Shown here in pieces: positions 36,268 to 49,129 of a DNA stretch of 64,000 nucleotides (position 1 is its first letter; each line of letters opens with the position of its first letter). A program made the position numbers and the translations under genes. The stretch is from Pristiophorus japonicus (Eukaryota). Location: positions 143,654,001 through 143,718,000 of the forward strand of contig NC_091984.1 in NCBI RefSeq assembly GCF_044704955.1, written 5' to 3'. The notes below the pieces were generated by a model. It saw only the letters and a program-made list of their open reading frames with translations. It searched no databases and was not told the origin of the DNA.

Positions 36268-36828
36268 CCAGGCCACCCGGAGACCGGTGGCGGTTGTACA
36301 TAGCTCTACTTTTAGTTTAAGGCAGCTGACTGCAACATTTTACATTTTAAGGTTTAGTTTAGAATTGAGGTTAATGTTGCAGTAATGTTTAGGTGATTAT
36401 TTTGAGTTTGTCTTGTGTGTCAGCCAGCCTGAGAGCAGTTCTCAAGGGCAGGATCTAGACATTACCGGGTGATGGACAAACCTCAGGAGACCAATTGATG
36501 TTGTTTAGTTTTAATCTATGTTTTCTTTCCTTCTGTAATGTGGTTGTACATTGCCTATATGCTGGTGAATATAATGTAACTGAAATGAAATATAACTGTG
36601 CTGAAATGCAATTGTAGTAATTGAACCCCCTCCAAGCTGGGAGGGTATAAATGTAAAAAGTTTTTACCTGTAAAGGGGAAAGTGTGCATCTATGGTGATG
36701 TTGCATAAGTGTAATGCATTTTGGCTGTTAGTTTAGCTAATTTACGGGGAAGGTTATCTCTTGGGAGTCAGGAACTTTGCTCACCTCGAAGGATGATACC
36801 ATAAGTGATATGGTATCACAGGGGGGAA

Positions 36829-38359
36829 TGTAGAATTTACCAATATCTCGCAAAGATTCCAGGTACCTTTCCTCTGCAGAGGAGAAGAATCCCTTTCTGG
36901 ACTTTTAAAATGGAAGGAAAACTTTGGGACACAAATGAATTTTAAAGGGGCAGACGAGGCCTGCAGGGGATAAAAGGGGGTGCATTCATGGAGACCACCC
37001 CCCAGTGTTTGGACTCATAGGAAAGGGAATTTAATTTTGAACTATCTACCAGAAAGTTTGAAATCCTAAAGTGCACATGGAAGAAACTACGAACTTTAAT
37101 CGAATTTGAGATTTTTAAAAGGTGTATGTTGGGTTTGCAAGAAAAGGGGTGGAGTCAATATCTAAAGGGCCAGTTTGGACATTGGAACTAATCAAATTGT
37201 CTGGGAACTGTATACCCTCGAAACTTGCCCCTTGAAAACATTAGCATTTAAACAATGCCACATACATATTCCAACACCTTTTCAACAGGCATGGAAATAT
37301 CTGGCTCAGGCCAGACAAGCACAATGGAGAGCTCATCAACTTCGAAAAGCCTATTAACGCCAGATTAAAACCACTGAATCAAGTTTCAGTTAGCTGGGCT
37401 AGATTTGATGGGAGATAACGGAGCCTTTTTTTGTGGGTATATCTATTCCCAGTTTTACCAAGGAACAGACTCGAACAGCAGAACACAGACTCAAACACTG
37501 ACAGACACAAGCAGCCGGAAGTGGGGAGTGAAGAAATGGAGTAGTGAAGGAAACTACAAGAAATCATCAAGGACCGACTGAGCACGAGGCCCACGAAATG
37601 GAAGGTTGTCAGCAACCAAATTGACAACCCGGGCCACCACAACCAGCGAAACGACCAACCAAAACCAACTCAGAAAAAACCGAAGAATCGACATTTATTT
37701 CCACTCTACAATCTACTTCGGAATGACCAACGGGTGAGAAATGACCAAAAGGGACTAACTAAACTATTCCTAACCAAAGAAAGTGGGTACTTACCCCATA
37801 CATCCAAAACGCAACTTACCGCATCAATGGACGCACCCCAACCAAAGACTACGCAGTCCGAAGTCCTCTCCTCCGACCGAGGTACGGCTCACCTAGAAGG
37901 CCAAGTGCAGCGAACCCCGAAACCGTGATTCACCGGCAACTGTCTAAAGGGATTGGTGAGCATGGCCCCTGAACCCACAGAGCTATAACTTAGTTAGTTC
38001 GGGGAATTGGGGGAGGGAGGCTGGGATAACTTGTGCAAATATATCTGCATTCGCCTCTTTACCCCATTTAGAGTTTGAGCTGTATTCTTTTCCTCACAGA
38101 CTGTAATTGGACAATTTATTCAATGTGTTGTACCCCTCAGTGTGTATTGGTCTGTGTGTGTTATTAAAGGTATGCCTTTTACTTCTTTTTAAGCACAATA
38201 AAGCCATACCTGCTTCCTACCTTGAAACCGATTGTCTGTCCAAGTCTGTCACAGTCCCTTCATAATTCCAGTGTCTAGAACCAAGGGTGTGGGAGCGATT
38301 CGGAACCGCTCATATAAGGTCAGAAGGGAAAGCTGACCCCCTGCAAACCACCCCTTACA
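36829..38359 (+). repeat. 3' LTR, ~1.53 kb
   Basis: Follows PPT AGGGGGGAA; TGTA...TACA termini; AATAAA at ~38197; distal 440 bp match the 5' LTR fragment. Confidence 0.75.
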
Positions 38360-41300
38360 TAACAGATAAAAGGATGAGGACCCCGGAATTGGGGACAATA
38401 GATGGGGAATCCCGTCTAGTTGCCCTTGAGAAGGTGGGGATGGGGCCACTTCTTCAAACGCTGCAGTCCACCTGGTGAATGTACCCACAGTGTTGCGCTC
38501 GGCAGCATCTTTCAGTATCGTGACCCCTTGACGGTGCCAGCAAATATCAGCGGGTAATATTTTGCAATGTTGCTGATCTTTTGCAATGAGCAAAACCTGT
38601 CAATAATTTATTGATCTAAAGTCGGCAGCATGATAAACATTTCGAAATCAAGTCATCCCAAACCATTATTCGTCAAACCACCAATGTATTCAACAATTCG
38701 AGCAGTGTTTCAGTGAGTTATTAATTTCCTGCCCGCCCTACTTAAACAGAGTTATATTTTAAACTGTGGTGACACTTCATTAACAATTCATCTGGTTATA
38801 AAATGACTGCGAACAAGGCCACGTGTTTCTATTTTCCAGGGTTGTGCAAGGATCGAGACTCAGAAATCAAATGTCCAACACTCATAGAATCTAAGCACCA
38901 ATGTTATCAGCTCAAAATAAAAATAATACCATTGCTACTTTACTTTAATGTGTACATTTGATCCACTTTCCATCCCGTCTGTCTCAGGATTGACTGCTCG
39001 TGCAATGTTCCGAATATTCATATTGCAATATGTTTTATACCTGACGGCAAATTTATAATCATGGATTTTTTGCGGCCATAAGTGGACTTTCTCCTGGACT
39101 TGGTTTCAGGAGCTCCTTGACAACACGGAACTGTGAACGGCGACCCACACAACACAGATTCCCTTTCATTTCCCAGAACTACAGTGTGATGTAACACTTG
39201 TGACTGACACACTAACAGTGTTGGCCCATCGCCGGCGCTCAGCAGATACTTACTTCCGTTCCCTAGAATACCGAGCAATATAAATCAATGTCAATTCAAA
39301 CCATGTGACTTGTCATGGAGTACAGTTACTGTCAGTCCCAGTTAAAGGTGAGGGAGAGAAGGGAGGCAGAGAAAGTCAGCAGGAGAAGGCCAGCCCGATT
39401 CTCCCAGCACAGCCCGGCTCCCTGTCTCTGCCACAGATCTGCCACGACATAAACTGACAACATGCCACTGTGTGAATCCTCCCATTCTCACTGAGAGACA
39501 TCATCCTGATACACGCAAGGTATAACATCACTGGGTCTTCAGTTGTAGGTTAAAAGAACATTATAATATCAATACACATATTCCAAAGGGAGAGAGAGAA
39601 AAGGGAACAAGTGATATTTCTGAATTTCTGACACTAACCGGAAATCAGCAACAAATACTGAGTGCAGGGCAAACAGCAAGTTCCCAGAGCCGGCAGAAGG
39701 GCAGTAATACAGTGGGCACGGATTCACACAATTAGTAACAGCTTACAGTGACTTGCCGGGGACTGTAAGGACTGCAAGAATACAATCACAGACCATTTGA
39801 TACTCTGGAGTTTACACTCACACTGAACATGGATTCAGATGAATGTAACTCCCGCTTCAGAAATGGCGATGACTCGGGGTGTGGAGACAGGGAAAGAAGT
39901 GAGTGATACAATTTGAGAATATGGCGATAAATAACGTGAACTAAAGACATCTCCAGTCACACTTCCAGCAGCAGACGGGATATGCACTGACCAGAACCGC
40001 GAGGAGACTTTGCCCGACAGTGTCAGTGTATTATGATGTCAATGAACATATTACACAGGGAAGGCAGAGGAAAAGGAGAAGATGATATTCAGCAAATTTC
40101 TGACAGTGAGCGCTGAGCAGCAAAACAAAAGCTTCGGAAGAAACAGAACAATCTCTCGGGCCCGCAGCAAGCGCAGTCATAAAGTGAAGCCCTGCTTCAC
40201 AAAGTGAGTCATTTCATAAGCAGTTCCCGGGATACTGAAAGCAGCCTTTAGAACTGGAACAGGTGACAGGGATATCAGCCAATGGGACCGCACTGAAGCA
40301 GGCCATTCGGCCCATTGTAACCGGGCCTGCTCCCTGAAAGATCTGGCCAATTCCTCCCAGTCGCTGCTTCTTCCCCATATCCCGGAAAGTTTTATTTGTC
40401 AAGTAGATAACCAATTCTCTTCTGCGAGTGATTATTGCATCTGCTGAGCCAACCTCTCAGGCAATGCATTCAAGATCAGAGCAATAAATTCAACTGGGTT
40501 TGTCTCTGAGAATTGACGGTGACCTTGGTGCTGGACACAGGGTGACAACTGACCCTGGGCCTTGATATATTCCAAAAAGCCTTATTGTTACAGGCGCCTA
40601 TCTTCCAGTGGGATCATTGGGCTGCATTGACCCTGGGAGTGGAGACAGTCAGTGGGGCAGTCAGACTCGCTTCACTCTGAGCTTACTGACTTACATCTTT
40701 CAATAGACTGTAGACTTTTACAATCTAACAGCCGAAATATCCGAGTTTTAAGCTGCTCACATTTCTTTCACATTAAACCTGGGAGGTTGGGTCGCATTCG
40801 GTGGCGGGAACTCATTGACTGAATGTGAGATGTCAGTTTCCTGTTGAAATTGCATATCCATCGGACCGAACGGTTTAACATTGGCCGCTTTCACACACTG
40901 GGCTCTGACACACGGAACTGTAACTGTGCGGGAGGAGAATGTAAGACAGACACAGATTATGGGGCGGGGTGACAGGACTGCATCAAGTTGTGAAAGGTTG
41001 GGAGATGGGAGGTAGAAGCACATTGTTCCCAGTGGATGGGGGCTCAAGGAGGAGGCACCAAAGGCACTAGACATTTGGAATAAGGAACAGGACAAACTTC
41101 CCAACAAATAGTTGTGAGGCTGTGAGATTCAGTTCCAGGGTTTGTGTATAAGCAGCAAATATGTCCACATAAAAGTGGATGGGATAGGTGTGTGAGGGAA
41201 GGGGTGATGAGGGATGTGGGGACAGAGGGGTAAATGCCATTCTCACTAACTGCTCACTGTAAGGATCTGACGGGATTTTCAATGTGAATTTGAATCGGGT

Positions 41301-43367
41301 GTTGAGCGGCTGTTTCTGGATGTGTGTGGAGCGGGAATCAGAGGGGGAGAATCTGGGCCAATTTCAAACATATTGAGTGTACAGTAATTGTCAGACATTC
41401 CCGGCTATTACAGCTGGTGGAGGGGAAGGAGAGGCTGTCTGTTGTAATGTGAATAAACCCATTGTATCATAAACTGCGCGGATTCTCAGCTATAATTGCA
41501 CCAGTCCCAAAGTCAGTAAATGAAGGAAATAAATGATGTTTAAAATTAACATTCTAATGTCAATAAAACGCTCAGTTAAGGAACACGGGAGAGCGGGAAA
41601 TATACTCACTGAATTTCTGATAATGAATGGACTTGGAAAAACGCAGCGAAAAAGGACAGCTACCGAGATAGGATCAGTAATGCAGTTAACCCCTGGTCTG
41701 TACATTTAGTCCCGGAATATAGTCACTTCCCGGGGATTCCAAGGAATGCTTCAATGGGACAGTAAATCATTCCTGTCTGTGTCAGTGTCGGTAGCACGGT
41801 GAATGGATAGGCGGTGAACAGATCTCTCATTCTGACAGAGAAGTGATGGTGACTCTTGATTCTGGACACAGGGCTTCAACTGACTGTCAGATGTGAGATT
41901 GAGAGAAATTCCTTATTTATAATCGAGGAACACCTCCCGTGGGATCAGCAAAAAGCAACATTGACATTACTTCTAGTCAGTGGGACAGCGTGACATCTCC
42001 CTTCATGGAAAGGTGTTGTGTAAGTGTTTATAAATTGATGTTGGGTGTTATGAAATGAAACAGCCCAAAGATTGGAATAATATGATGGTCCCATGTCCAT
42101 GTCTGGATGTACTGAAAGCCGGGCTCTGAGCCAAGCACTGCCCCTGAACCACAAACAGCTCCCTTTTCCTTCTGTGCTGGGACCCGGCTCACACCTGGCC
42201 ATGCACCAATTGCATTCCCCCAATTCTCAGACACCTCTCAAGGCTTCATACCGCCCCTTACCATGAGAACTCGCTCTTGTTCATCTCACACTGAGCTTTC
42301 ACAATTGGAATACCAATCTGTGTCCTTAGAACAGGAAGAGGTCGGGCTTTCGACCAACACGAGGAATAAAGTAACATTCAAACCTCAGACAGAACAATGT
42401 GCCCAGGCCCTGAAATAACCTGGGTTTGATAAGGATTAGGAGCAGGAGGAGGTCATTGGGCCCCTCGACCCTGCATCACCATTTAATGAGATCATGGCTG
42501 ATCTGAAATGTCAGTGGAATTAAAATGCTCTGAATGTTTCAGGGGATGATACGGACACCAGACACCGGACGGGCGGGAACCGAGGTATAGGGATTGGAGG
42601 GTGATCTGATTTGCAATATTGCAATAAGCTCTGCCAAGTGTGAAACAGGATGTGTCTGGAGATCTCCGTCCCCCAGGATGCTGCGGTGGGTCCAATGTTT
42701 GTGCTCAGCTCTTCATTGTCCATTATTATCCATTCTGTGCCCACTTTGATCCTTTCAGTAATATAGGATATTAGGATTCGGGATATAGTAACATTGGGAA
42801 CAGGAGCAGGCCATTCGGCCCCATAGATCCTGGCCAATCTGCAGGCCAGCTCCATTTTCCCTCCTTGCTCCATATCACATGATACCCTTATCGAACAAAT
42901 ATCTTCCATCTCAGCCTTGGAAGCCCCACTTGGCCCTGTATCCATTGGGGCGGGAATACCCACATTCCCACTACACTTCCTGCCGAAAAGTGCTTCCGGA
43001 CCTGGCTCCTCAAAGGCCTAGATCTAATTGTACCTTTATTTCACCAGGTCTTTAATCCCACACCAGAGGAAATAGTTTCTCTGCATCGACCCAATAGAAA
43101 TGGTTCACATTTTACACAACACTATCAGATCACCCTCCAGTCCCCTATACTGCAGTGAATTTATGTCATATTTATGCAATATTTAGCCACTAAAACCTGG
43201 TAATATTCTGTGCAGGAAGGTTCTCTTCCCTTCTAATGGGCGGGAGGGACCTCCACAGGAGATCAATGCAGCCTGGTTGCACAATGCACAGGACTCAAGT
43301 GGGAATGTCATCAGAGGACCTGGCTGCAGTGGTGCAAACCTTTCAATGATCTCAGTGGATCACAAAC

Positions 43368-46300
43368 TATTATTTATGTATACTTGTATTTACTCTGTAC
43401 AGCCATCAGAGGGCTCATCCCCTGGAGTCCCAAAGGATCCCATAATCTCTTGGGAGCACAGGTATTTAAGGAGGCTTCACAGGTTAGAGAGGCACTCTGG
43501 AGACCTGCAATAAAAGACTACGGTCACACTTTACTTTGAGCTCACTGTTCAGTCTGACTCTTTCTCCATACACAACAACTGACGACGAGATACAGATAGT
43601 GAACCCAAAGATGCAGAGAACAGTGGGCATCCTGGAGAAATTCTCGGAGGAAGATGTTTGGAAAACTTTTGTGGAGTGACTCAACAAATATTTCGTGGCC
43701 AATGAGCTAGATGGGGAAGAGAGCACTGCCAAACGAAGGGCGAAACTCCTCACCATCTGTGGGGCACCAACTTATGGCCTCATGAAGAATCTGCTCACTC
43801 CAGCGAAACCCACGGAAAAATCATACGCCAATTTGTGCATACTGGTCCGAGAGCATTTGAACCCAAAGGAAAGCATTCTGATGCTGAGTTATCGGTTCTA
43901 CACCTGCAAAAGGTCTGAAGGCCAGGAAGTGGTGAGTTATGTCGCCGAGCTAAGACGCCTTGCAGGACATTGCGAATTTGAAGGACATTTGGAGCACATG
44001 CGCAGAGACTTTTTCATATTTGGGATTGGCTATGAAACCATACTTCGCAAACTTTTGACTGTAGAGACCCCAACCTTAATTAAGGGCATAGCGATAGCCC
44101 AGGTGTTCATTGCCATCAATGACAATAGGAAGCAAATCTCTCAGCACCAAATTGCTGCTACAAATACAGTGAACAAACTGATTTGTTTTTGAATCATAAC
44201 GTACAGGGCAGGTCACACATACCTGCAGCTACATGACCGCAGATGTCTCAGAGTCCACCATCAAGGGTGATGAGTGCAAGCTATTAACACCTTGTTGGCG
44301 CTGCGGGGGTGATCATCACTTCTATTCATGCCGATTCAAAGACTACGTTTGCAGGGAATGTAGTACAATGGGACGCCTCCAACGAGTGTGCAGGTGAGCT
44401 GCAAAGCCTGTTAAATCTGCAAACCACCAGAGGAGGACAGATCCACACAGGGTCACGACGAACCAGAGCCTCAGATCGAGGAGGCAGAGGTACATAGGGT
44501 GCACACATTCATCACGAATTGTCCCCCGATAATGCTGAATGTTGAACTAAATGGACTCCCGGTCTCAATGGAGCTGGACACGGGCATGAGCCAGTCCATC
44601 ATGCGCAAAATGACTTTCAAAAAGTTGTGGTGCAACAAGGCCTCGAGGCCAGTCTTAACTCCAGTTCGCACGAAACTAAGAACTTGCACGAAAGAACTGA
44701 TTCCTGTAATCGGCAGTGCTACCATAAAGGTCTCCTACGATGGAGCGGTGCAAAAGCTACCACTCTGGGTGGTACCGGGCGATGGTCCCACGCTGCTCAG
44801 CAGGAGCTGGCTGCGAAAGATACGCTGGAACTGGGATGACGTCCGAGTGCGATCGCCCGCTGACGACACTTCGTGTGCCCAGGTCTTAAACAAATTTTCT
44901 TCTCTGTTTAAACCATTCATCGGGAAATTCCAAGGATCAAAAATGCAGATCCACCTAATTCCGGCGGCACAACCCATCCATCACAAGGCGAGAGCAGTAT
45001 CGTACAAGGGTAGAGATTGAGCTAGACTGGCTGCAAAGAGAGGGCATCATTTCGCGGATCGAGTTCAATGAGTGAGCCAGTCCTATCATCCCAGTCCTCA
45101 AGGGAAATGGCACCGTCAGAATCTGTGGCGAATGACAAAGTAACTATCAATTGTTTCTCCCTGCAGGACCAATAGCTACTACCAAAGGCTGCCGACCTCT
45201 TTGCAATGCTGGCGGGAGGAAAGACGTTCACAAAGCTGGATCTGACTTCAGCCGACATGACGCAGGAACTGGAGGAATCATCGAAGGCCCTCACCTGCAT
45301 TAACATGCACAAAGGTCTTTTTGTTTATAACAGATGCCCGTTTGGAATCCGATTGTCGGCAGCGCTATTCTAGAGAAACATGGAAAGCTTACTGAAGTCA
45401 ATCCCGCACACCGTGGTCTTCCAGGATGACATCTTGGTCACGGGTCGGAACACAGTCAAGCACCTGCAGAACATGGAGGAGGTTCTTAGTCGACTCAACC
45501 GCATGGGGCTCAGGTTAAAACGCTCAAAGTGCATTTTCCTGGTGCCTGAAGTGGAGTTCCTGGGAAGAAGGATTGCGGCGGACAGCATCAGGCCCACCAG
45601 CGCGAAGACGGAGGCAATCGAGAACACACTGAGGCCGCAGAATGTGACGGAGCTGCGGTTGTTTCTGGGACTCCTGAACTACTTTGGTAACTTCTTACAG
45701 GATCTCAGCACACTGTTAGAACCACTGTATGTCTTACTACGAAAAGGGGATGAATGGGTTTGCGGCAAAAGCCAAGAAAATGCCTTTGTAAAAGCGAGAA
45801 AATTGCTATGCTCAAACAAATTGCTTGTGTTGTATGATCCATGTCAGCGTTTGGTACTAGCATGTGACGCGTCGTCAGATGGCGTCGGGTATATATTGCA
45901 ACAAGCTAATGATTTCGGGAAAATGCAACCAGTTGCTTTTGCATCCAGATGTCTGTCTGAGGCTGAGAGAGCCTACAGCATGATTGAGAAAGAAACGTTA
46001 GCGTGTGCATATGTGGTAGAGCAAATGCATCAATATCTGTTTGGGATAAAATTTGAATTGGAAACTGACCATAATTCACTTATATCGCTGTTTTCCGAGA
46101 GAAAAGGGATAAATACCAACACATCGGCCTGCATCCAGAGATGGGCGCTTATGTTGTCCGCATACAACTTCGCCATCCGCCACAGGCCAGCCACAGAAAA
46201 CTGCGCCGATGCTTTCAGCAGGCTGCCATTGGCCACCACAGGGATGGAATTGGCACAGCCCGCAGATCTAGGCATGGGTATGGAACCATTTGAGAGTGAG

Positions 46301-47892
46301 CAATCACCCATCACTGCCCGACAGATCAAAACCTGGACAAGCCAGGACCCCTTATTATCTCTAGTCAAAAGCTGTGTGCTTCACGGGAGCTGGTCCATTG
46401 TCCCAGTGGAAATGCAGGAAGAGATAAAGCCTTTCCAGCGGCGCAAAGATGAAATGTCTATATATGCAGACTGCCTTCTGTGGGACAATCAAGTAGTGGT
46501 CCCCAAGAAGGGCAGAGACACCTTCATCAATGACCTCCACTGTACCCACCCGAGCATTGTAATGATGAAGGCGATAGCCAGATCCCACGTGTGGTGGCCC
46601 GGTATCGATGTGGACTTAGAGTCCTGCGTTCACAGATGTAACACATGCTTGGAGTTAAGCAATGTATCCAGGGAGGTGCCGCTAAGTTTATGATCTTGGC
46701 CCTCCAAACCATGGTCTAGAGTACACATTGACTATGCAGGCCTGTTCTTGGGTAAAATGTTCCTTTGAGGTTGAAGAGCGTACTCCAAGTGGATTGAATG
46801 GGAGATAATTTCGGCTAGCACATCCGCTGCCACTACTGAAAGCCTGGGGGCCACCTTTGCCACACACGGCCTACCCAATGTGCTGGTGAGCGACAACGGG
46901 CCATGTTTTACCAGTGCTGAGTTCGAAGAATTCATGAGGGATCAAACATATCACATCTGCCCCGTTTAAACCAGCGTCCAATGCGCAGGCAGAGAGAGCA
47001 GTGCAAACCATCAAGCAAGGCTTGAAGAGGGTAACTCGCCCATCCCAAGTCCTGCTTAGCTACCGCACGGGACCCCACTCACTCACTGGGATCCCACCTG
47101 CTGAACGGCTCATGAAAAGAGCACTTAAGACAAGGCACTCGTTAGTTCACCCTGATCTACATGAACAGGTAGAGAGCAGGCTGGCTTCAACAAAGTACAC
47201 ACCGTGATAGCGCTAATGTGTCACGCGAGATTGAAATCAATGATCCTGTATTTGTATTAAATTATGGACAAGATCCCAAGTGGCTTTCCGTCACTGTCAT
47301 GGCCAAAAAGGAGAGCAGGGTGTTTCGCGTCAAACTTTCAAATGGACTCATTCAACAGAAACACTTGGACCAATCAAACTCAGATTCACGGACTATCCTG
47401 AGCAACCCACCTTGGACCCTACCGTTTTTGATCCCCCAACATACACATGAGGGGCAACCGGCACCACGGTTGACCATGAAGCAGAACCCATCATCCGCAG
47501 CAGCCCAGCAGGGCCCAACACACCAGGGCGCAGCTCAGCAAGGCCAGCTCCACAGCAGCCCAGTGAGGGCCCAACAAATGATTCAACACCAGCTTTCACA
47601 CCGAGATGATCAACCAGGGCAAGAAGGGCCCCAGATCGACTCACATTGTAAATAGTTACACTTTTGAATTTGGGGGGAGTGTTGTTATATATGTATACTT
47701 GTATTTACTCTGTACATCCACCAGAGGGCTCATCCCCTGGAGTCCCAAGGGATCCCATAATCCCTTGGGAGCGCAGGTATTTAAGGAGGTTTCACAGGTT
47801 GGAGAGGCACTCTGGAGACGTGCAATTAAAGACTAAACTCACACTTTACTTTGAGCTCAGTGTTCAGTCTAACTTTTTCTCCATACACAACA
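43368..47892 (+). mobile_element. Ty3/Gypsy LTR retrotransposon, complete structure but degenerate
   Basis: ~210-bp LTRs at 43368-43577 and 47683-47892, PBS-like TGACGACGAG, PPT GGGGGGAG; gag, PR (ELDTG), RT (FQDD), single RNase H (LACDAS) and IN (WWPGI, SDNGP). Confidence 0.92.
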
Positions 47893-48467
47893 CAGATCCT
47901 TACTGAAAAGCCACACTCAACCTCATCCTGCAGTGCCAATCCTCACATCCCCATCACTCTACCTTCCCTAATCCTGCACTTCCTTACTCACACCAACTTA
48001 GCTTGCACCTCCACTCATCCCCTCTCTCTATCTCCATTATCACATCCCTTTCTCACCAGCCACCCCTCACACTCACCCTCACCTCATCCAATCATACCAA
48101 CTAAGCACACAAGGGTAGGCACTTGGCTCTTTTAGCCAAATAGTAAATCTTTATTTTTAACATGTTGCCTTCTTGGACAGTGGAAGTGTCTCAGTGAGTT
48201 GCAGTGATTAGCGAGACATAAAATTACCCCCGCAATCGTGCTGAGTGTGAAAGGAATGATTTGTGCATTGTAGGGGTACTGTAGGGGTGCTGTTGTGGGG
48301 TGGTGCCAAACTGGTGCATCATGTGGCAGCCACAGTGCACAGTGTGAAGGGAAGTAAATGTGGCCACGGTGAGGGTATCCCTGGCCTTCCGGGCAGCAAT
48401 GTCTTCAGGTGCTGATGCCCCGTGTCCTGTGCAGCATCAGGTGATTACGGAGAATGTTGGTGCTGTG

Positions 48468-48902
48468 GTTGGTGTTGCTGGTGTGTCTGGTGCTGCTGGT
48501 GTGCCGGGTGATGCTGATGTGTCCGGTGATGCTGGTGTGTCTGGTGATGCTGGTGTGCCTGGTGATGCTGGTGTGCCTGGTGATGCTGGTGTGTCTGGTG
48601 ATGCTGGTGTGCCGGGTGATGCTGGTGTGCTGGGTGATGCTGGTGTGTCTGGTGCTGCTGGTGTGCTTGGTGCTGCTGGTTTGTCTGGTGATGCTGGTGT
48701 GTCTGGTGCTGCTGGTTTGCCTGGTGATGCTGGTGTGCCTGGTGATGCTGGTGTGTTTGGTGATGCTGGTGTGCCGGGTGCTGCTGGTGTGTCTGGTGAT
48801 GCTGGTGTGCCTGGTGCTGCTGGTGTGTCTGGTGATGCTGGTGTGCCTGGTGATGCTGGTGTGTCTGGTGCTGCTGGTGCGTCTGGTGATGCTGGTGTTG
48901 GG
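48468..48902. repeat. 9/18-bp minisatellite (GCTGGTGTGCCTGGTGAT)n
   Basis: About 24 units of 18 bp; open in several frames. Confidence 0.95.
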
Positions 48903-49129
48903 GCTGATCTTGGTGGGATTTTGAGGAACAAGGTGAGATTTTTTCAAGGGCACCGATGCGGATGGAATATCTGGCAGCTGAAGTTGAGATGACAGAAGCG
49001 ATCTGTCAATGGTGAGAGAGGTTGCTCCAAGGAGGTGCCAGTGAATAGAGAGTTTACTCCAAACACTTCCAACCAGCTTCAAGCTCAAATGTGTATTTCA
49101 AATCCTGAATGCTCCAGCTTCTGAGATTG

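Larger units (their letters stand above)
30033..38359 (+). mobile_element. Retrovirus-like LTR element (gag-pro-RT-tether-RNaseH-IN, no env), degenerate
   Basis: Partial 5' LTR 30033-30472, PBS 30476-30493, gag, pol, PPT ~36820-36828 and 3' LTR TGTA...TACA 36829-38359. Confidence 0.9.

Noticed and set aside
36268-36820. env gene of the retrovirus-like element
   Set aside because: Only ~550 bp, AT-rich with stops in the plus frames, and no furin site, fusion peptide or TM pattern seen
39690-40045. Degenerate second V gene (minus-strand TATTACTGC and GACATCATAAT)
   Set aside because: Spacing is too long for a V domain, with no WYQQ or first Cys and no RSS
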